Assembly: GCA_050953105.1 (NCBI GenBank)
Contig: JBMNMA010000001.1
Location: 235,917-299,916 of the forward strand
Direction of reading: 5' to 3'
Length of the DNA: 64,000 nt
Source: Eubacteriales bacterium
Lineage (GTDB): Bacteria > Bacillota > Clostridia > Oscillospirales > CAG-382
The position numbers and the translations under genes are program-made. The notes beneath the pieces are model-generated. The model was not told where the DNA came from and made no database searches. It was given only the letters and a program-made list of their open reading frames with translations. This document shows, piece after piece, positions 59,635-64,000 of this stretch (positions are counted from its first letter, which is position 1; each line of letters begins with the position of its first letter).

Positions 59635-62152
59635 CCGAAACCTCCCCGCTTTTGGCAAGACGCATTTCGTCGAATTCGGCTTTGGTTATAAGGACTTTAC
59701 GCTTTTTGGTGGCAGGGTCGAATTTGCCCACATAACCCCGGTCTTCCATCATGTCAATTATTTTTTGTGCCCGGGCGTAACCCACCGAAAGCTTGCGCTG
59801 GAGCAGGGACGTTGACATGGTGTCATACTCAAAGGCAACCCCTAAGGCGTCGATAAACAAGGGGTCTTCCTTTTCATCCCCTATGGAAGAACCACCGTCG
59901 TCTGACCTGCGCTTGCCGTTTTTGTCGCCGCAGAGTCTGGCTTCTTCTTCAATCATCTTAATAACGTCGTCGTTGTATTCAACCTGGGCGGCGGATTTAA
60001 TAAACTGGCAGACAGCAGCCACTTCCGACTTGCCGTCCACATAGGCGCCCTGAACACGCAGCTTTTTCATCATCTTAACGGGGGCGTATATCATGTCCCC
60101 CTTGCCGAGCAGCGCCTCGGCGCCGTTTTCGTCAAGGATTATACGGGAGTCCACCGACTGGGACACGGTAAAGGCAATACGGGAGGGGATGTTGGCCTTT
60201 ATTAAACCTGTGATAACGTCGGTGGAGGGGCGCTGGGTGCCTACAATAAGGTGTATGCCGGCGGCCCTTGCCTTTTGGGCAAGGCGGCAGATTGAATTTT
60301 CCACCGCATCCTTTGCCGACATTATAAGGTCGGCCAGCTCGTCAATTACGATTACAATGTAGGGCAGCTTTTCCTTTTCGGGGTCCCCTTCGATAATTTC
60401 ATTATATTCCTCAAGGTTTCTGGCCCCCATCTGCTCCATCTGGGTATAGCGGCGTTCCATTTCGTTAACCGCCCAGTTAAGGGATCCTGCGGCGGTGCGG
60501 GGTTCATTAACCACCGGCACCAGCAGGTGAGGTATGCCGTTATAGCAGGAAAGCTCTATCTTTTTAGGGTCGATTAGGATAAACTTAACCTCGTCCGGGG
60601 TTGCCCGGTAAAGGAGGGATATTATAAGGCTGTTTATGCACACCGATTTACCCATGCCCGTTGCGCCGGCGATAAGAAGATGGGGCATATCGGGAATGTC
60701 AAAGTAAACGGGGTTCCCCCCCACGTCCACGCCAAGGCAGACAAACAGCTTTGAGGGGTTGTTGCGGAAAATGTCGTTGTCTATAAGATCACGGAGTTTA
60801 ACTATTGATGCAGTTTCGTTGGGGATTTCAATGCCAATGGCAGCCTTGCCGGGAATGTTGGATTCAATTCTTACGCTTGAGGCGGCAAGGCGCATTCTTA
60901 TATCGTCGGCAAGCCCCTCTATGCGGGAAACACGAATTCCCTCGTCGGGTAATACCTCATAACGGGTTACCGCCGGTCCCCGGCTGGTGGACACCAGCGT
61001 GGCCTTAACCCCGTAGGTGCGGAGCACCGATATAAGCTTTTGCCCTGTAACGGCAATGTTTTGGGAAGAATTTCTTAAAAAGTCGCTGCTGCCTTCCGAA
61101 AGGAGGGAAAGAGGGGGAAAGACATATACTTTTTCCCGGTGGGTGACATCTAACTCGTTGGTTTGAGCCACTTCTTCGTTATTTTCGGTAACTTCAGACT
61201 TTTCATCCCTTTCGGCGGGTATTGTTTCAATATCGACTTCCACTTCCTTCACTTCGTCGGCAACCTCAACCGGAGGTTCGACCATGGCGGTTTTGGGAAG
61301 CACAAGGGGAGTTTCTTTTTCTTCGAATATCGACTGGTATTCGTCCTGAACGGTTTTTATAGGCTGCTGTTCTGCCTTTATTTCAACCGGAGGAATTTCG
61401 GTATTGCTTTCTGGCTGGATATACACCACTTCGGGCTTTTTGGATTTTTTAGAGGGTGTTTCCTCTTTTTTGGCTGTCTTTTCTTCTTTGGCTGCCCGTT
61501 CGGCCGCTCTTTCGGCTTCCCTTTCCCTCATAACACGTAATGAATGGGAAATGTTTTTAAGAAACCTTCCGATTGCCCTTAATATTTTAAGCGGCGTGGT
61601 GCCGATAAGGAATATAAAGGAAATTATTGCAGTCAGGTAGCCTAAAATATAGGTTAAAACGCTGCCTATTAGAAAATCAAGGCCGCTGCCTATAAGTCCC
61701 CCAAACACCCCGGCACCGGTGCCGTTAACACCGTTTTTATAAAATACTTTAAGGAAGTTTTGCTCCTGGGTAAAGGATCGCTGGGCGTCGGTGGTGGTGT
61801 GAAGGTGAACCAGAGAAAGGACAAATATAAAATTGAGTATGCAAAGAAGGCACCTTGCATACATAACGTTGTTTTCCCGGTCGGTTTTCCAAAAAAGGGC
61901 TAAAACCACAAGATAAAAGGGTATAAAATAAACCCCGTAGCCGAAAAGCCCCATAAACGCCGGCGTTAGGATATTGCCCAGATAACCGGTCTGGTCCATT
62001 GTAAACATTAAAACCAAAAGCACGGCAATCAAAACAAGCAGGTAGGGCATAAAGCCTAATTGCTTCTTTTCCTTTACCTGTTTTTCCTGCTTTGCTTTTT
62101 TTGTCTTTGTCTCCTTAGCGGTTGCTTTTGGAGAGCCTTTTTTATTTCCCAT
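59627..62152 (-). CDS. ftsK: DNA translocase FtsK/SpoIIIE
   Basis: N-terminal TM segments, PHLLIAGATGMGKS, IDELADL, GTQRPS, gamma domain LQRKLSVGYARA. Confidence 0.96.
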   Translation of the reverse strand: MGNKKGSPKATAKETKTKKAKQEKQVKEKKQLGFMPYLLVLIAVLLVLMFTMDQTGYLGNILTPAFMGLFGYGVYFIPFYLVVLALFWKTDRENNVMYARCLLCILNFIFVLSLVHLHTTTDAQRSFTQEQNFLKVFYKNGVNGTGAGVFGGLIGSGLDFLIGSVLTYILGYLTAIISFIFLIGTTPLKILRAIGRFLKNISHSLRVMREREAERAAERAAKEEKTAKKEETPSKKSKKPEVVYIQPESNTEIPPVEIKAEQQPIKTVQDEYQSIFEEKETPLVLPKTAMVEPPVEVADEVKEVEVDIETIPAERDEKSEVTENNEEVAQTNELDVTHREKVYVFPPLSLLSEGSSDFLRNSSQNIAVTGQKLISVLRTYGVKATLVSTSRGPAVTRYEVLPDEGIRVSRIEGLADDIRMRLAASSVRIESNIPGKAAIGIEIPNETASIVKLRDLIDNDIFRNNPSKLFVCLGVDVGGNPVYFDIPDMPHLLIAGATGMGKSVCINSLIISLLYRATPDEVKFILIDPKKIELSCYNGIPHLLVPVVNEPRTAAGSLNWAVNEMERRYTQMEQMGARNLEEYNEIIEGDPEKEKLPYIVIVIDELADLIMSAKDAVENSICRLAQKARAAGIHLIVGTQRPSTDVITGLIKANIPSRIAFTVSQSVDSRIILDENGAEALLGKGDMIYAPVKMMKKLRVQGAYVDGKSEVAAVCQFIKSAAQVEYNDDVIKMIEEEARLCGDKNGKRRSDDGGSSIGDEKEDPLFIDALGVAFEYDTMSTSLLQRKLSVGYARAQKIIDMMEDRGYVGKFDPATKKRKVLITKAEFDEMRLAKSGEVSDA

Positions 62153-62169
62153 CTGTTTCACCTTAAGGT

Positions 62170-63003
62170 TTATATAAGTATATCCGCAATTATTGCCGCA
62201 ATCCCTATAATTATGCAATACAGGGAAAAGGCCGAAAGCTTTTTGTTTTTGGCCATGTATTGGAGGAGTTTTATAGCCAGCAGTCCGGATATCACTGCCG
62301 CTGCCACTCCCCCGGCCAGTGCCGGAAGGCTGCCTTTGGGGAGAGGATTGTCTTTAAGCTGAAACAGCTCCAAAACATTTGCCCCCGCAATGGCAGGGAT
62401 GGACATTAGGAAGGAAAGCTTTACCGCATCCTCTTTATTGTATCCCATCAGTCTGCCGCCGGCTATGGTGGAGCCCGAACGGGAAATCCCCGGGAACACC
62501 GCCGCAAGCTGAACCAAGCCCACAACAAACGAATGCTTGGGGGTTGAGTTTTCCAAAGTCAGGCCGGTCTTTGAAATTTTATCGGCAAAATAAAGTATTA
62601 GACCGTTTATTATAAGCAATACCCCGACAGCCCAGCTTACCGACGAAATAAATTCCACCTTGTCGTCAAAAAGTATGGCTAAACCAAGGGGAAGAGTGGC
62701 CGCAAGCACAATAAGAAACAGCTTTTCGGCTTTGCTTAATCCGCCTTTTATTCTGCCGGTAAACAGCTTGGCAACAAGGGTAAAGAACCCCTTTATCATA
62801 TCAAGGACGTCCTTATAATAGACGATAATAACCGCCGCAAGGGTGCCGAGATGGAGGAAAACCGCAAAGGTGAGGTTCATGCCCTCCATATCGTCAAGGC
62901 CGAAGAAGTTGGCCATCAATGATAAATGCCCGGAGGAGGATACCGGCAGAAACTCGGTTATCCCCTGTAAAATTCCATATAGGACGCCCTTGATGAATGA
63001 CAT
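62170..63003 (-). CDS. uppP: Undecaprenyl-diphosphate phosphatase
   Basis: QGITEFLPVSSSGHL, PGISRSGSTI, SFLMSIP. Confidence 0.95.
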   Translation of the reverse strand: MSFIKGVLYGILQGITEFLPVSSSGHLSLMANFFGLDDMEGMNLTFAVFLHLGTLAAVIIVYYKDVLDMIKGFFTLVAKLFTGRIKGGLSKAEKLFLIVLAATLPLGLAILFDDKVEFISSVSWAVGVLLIINGLILYFADKISKTGLTLENSTPKHSFVVGLVQLAAVFPGISRSGSTIAGGRLMGYNKEDAVKLSFLMSIPAIAGANVLELFQLKDNPLPKGSLPALAGGVAAAVISGLLAIKLLQYMAKNKKLSAFSLYCIIIGIAAIIADILI

Positions 63004-63015
63004 TGTTAAAACACC

Positions 63016-64000
63016 TTAATTGTTGGCTTTTATAGCCTCTATTGTGTCCTCCATGGCTTGACGAACCGTATCTGCGGTGGCTTCAAACCTTGAGGCAAAG
63101 TTTTTATCAAGCTTCATAAATTCGGAAATAATGTTGCCCCAGTTAAAGGCGGCACCAAGATCAAAGCAACGCGAACCGAATATAATGTCAAGCATTGCCT
63201 CGTCATCCTCGGTTTCGGCGTTTTTGGCTTTAAGAGCTTTTTCGTAATAAACGGGGGTGAGATAGTTTTTGGATTCCGCACCCAAAGCCTCAATAACAAG
63301 GCCCAGGTCGTAATACTCTTCATCACTCTGGCCTACGGGGATCATCATGCAGGACATGTTGTGGAAGGAAACAGAGTGGCTATATGAATCCTGGGAGGCA
63401 GTGTGCTTGGGTATGGGAAGTATGCCGTAGGAAAATTCAAGCTGACGGTAGGACACGGCGTTGATAAGGCCGCCCATGTAGAACAGCTCACGGCCTTCAC
63501 GGAAGGCTTTTATAATGGTTTCTTCCCACACGTTGGCATACTGGTTGTATTTTCCCCCGTTGGCTACCATTACATTGCTGTCGTCCATATATAAATCAAG
63601 GACTTTGTCAAGAACGGTAAATACCGATTCGCTTTGATAATTTAAAATGGGTTCGTCGTCGCCGTCCTTGGAGCATATGGTCTGGCCGGAGGCGATGAGG
63701 TGAACGTAAATGTTATAGGTTTCGGTACCTAAGCCCCAGGTGTCAAACTCGCTCATGCCGTCGATACCGTCGGTGTCGGCGGAAACCTGTTTTACAATCT
63801 GGGCGAACTTATCAAAGGTCCACTGATTTGTATAAACCAGATCATAAAGGTTTGTTCCGGGAAGAGCCTTTTCAAGCAGCTCCTTGTTGTAGTAAAGCAC
63901 CCAGGTGCCGTCGTTGTCGTAAGTGTTAATGTCACCGCAGGCGAAAAACAGCTTGTTGCAGATGGAAAGGTCCCTTACCGCATTCTGGTCCCACCAGGGG
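63016..64000 (-). CDS. Extracellular solute-binding protein (sugar-type ABC), 3' part; gene begins beyond the window
   Basis: Frame is open to the window end (PWWDQNAVRDLSICNKLFF), YYNKELL, WTFDKF, YGILPIPK. Confidence 0.8.
   Translation of the reverse strand, partial: PWWDQNAVRDLSICNKLFFACGDINTYDNDGTWVLYYNKELLEKALPGTNLYDLVYTNQWTFDKFAQIVKQVSADTDGIDGMSEFDTWGLGTETYNIYVHLIASGQTICSKDGDDEPILNYQSESVFTVLDKVLDLYMDDSNVMVANGGKYNQYANVWEETIIKAFREGRELFYMGGLINAVSYRQLEFSYGILPIPKHTASQDSYSHSVSFHNMSCMMIPVGQSDEEYYDLGLVIEALGAESKNYLTPVYYEKALKAKNAETEDDEAMLDIIFGSRCFDLGAAFNWGNIISEFMKLDKNFASRFEATADTVRQAMEDTIEAIKANN

Overview
Mostly core chromosome of a spore-forming Clostridia-class bacterium (Bacillota; inferred from the ispH-rpsA fusion, spoVM, a Firmicutes-type 6S RNA and the cdaR-ftsEX-M23-ctpA-greA-lysS order). 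Housekeeping clusters are nnr-alr, cmk-udp-plsC-ispH/rpsA, ftsEX-greA-lysS, asd, hprK-glk-lon-yihA, tex, pyrG-aminotransferase-purB and uppP-ftsK. They are interleaved with many secreted or membrane-anchored proteins (CotH kinase, SGNH esterases, DUF4855- and DUF4434-like proteins, a large LRR protein). Features absent from the ORF track but readable in the DNA: a 6S RNA (minus, ~15.8-16.0 kb); a two-gene microprotein unit of spoVM plus a 48-aa hydrophobic protein (30.28-30.53 kb); a complete ISL3 element with an 8-bp target duplication that decapitates an amino-acid racemase; an AT-rich lipoprotein gene with two apparent lesions; and an ANTAR-like RNA leader before pyrG. A MazF toxin sits next to alr but is inverted and has no adjacent antitoxin. 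No CRISPR array, tRNA, rRNA, prophage or clear defence island was seen, and no unambiguous new multi-gene system was found. The best leads are regulatory or microprotein signals. All family assignments come from motif recognition by eye, not from database searches.
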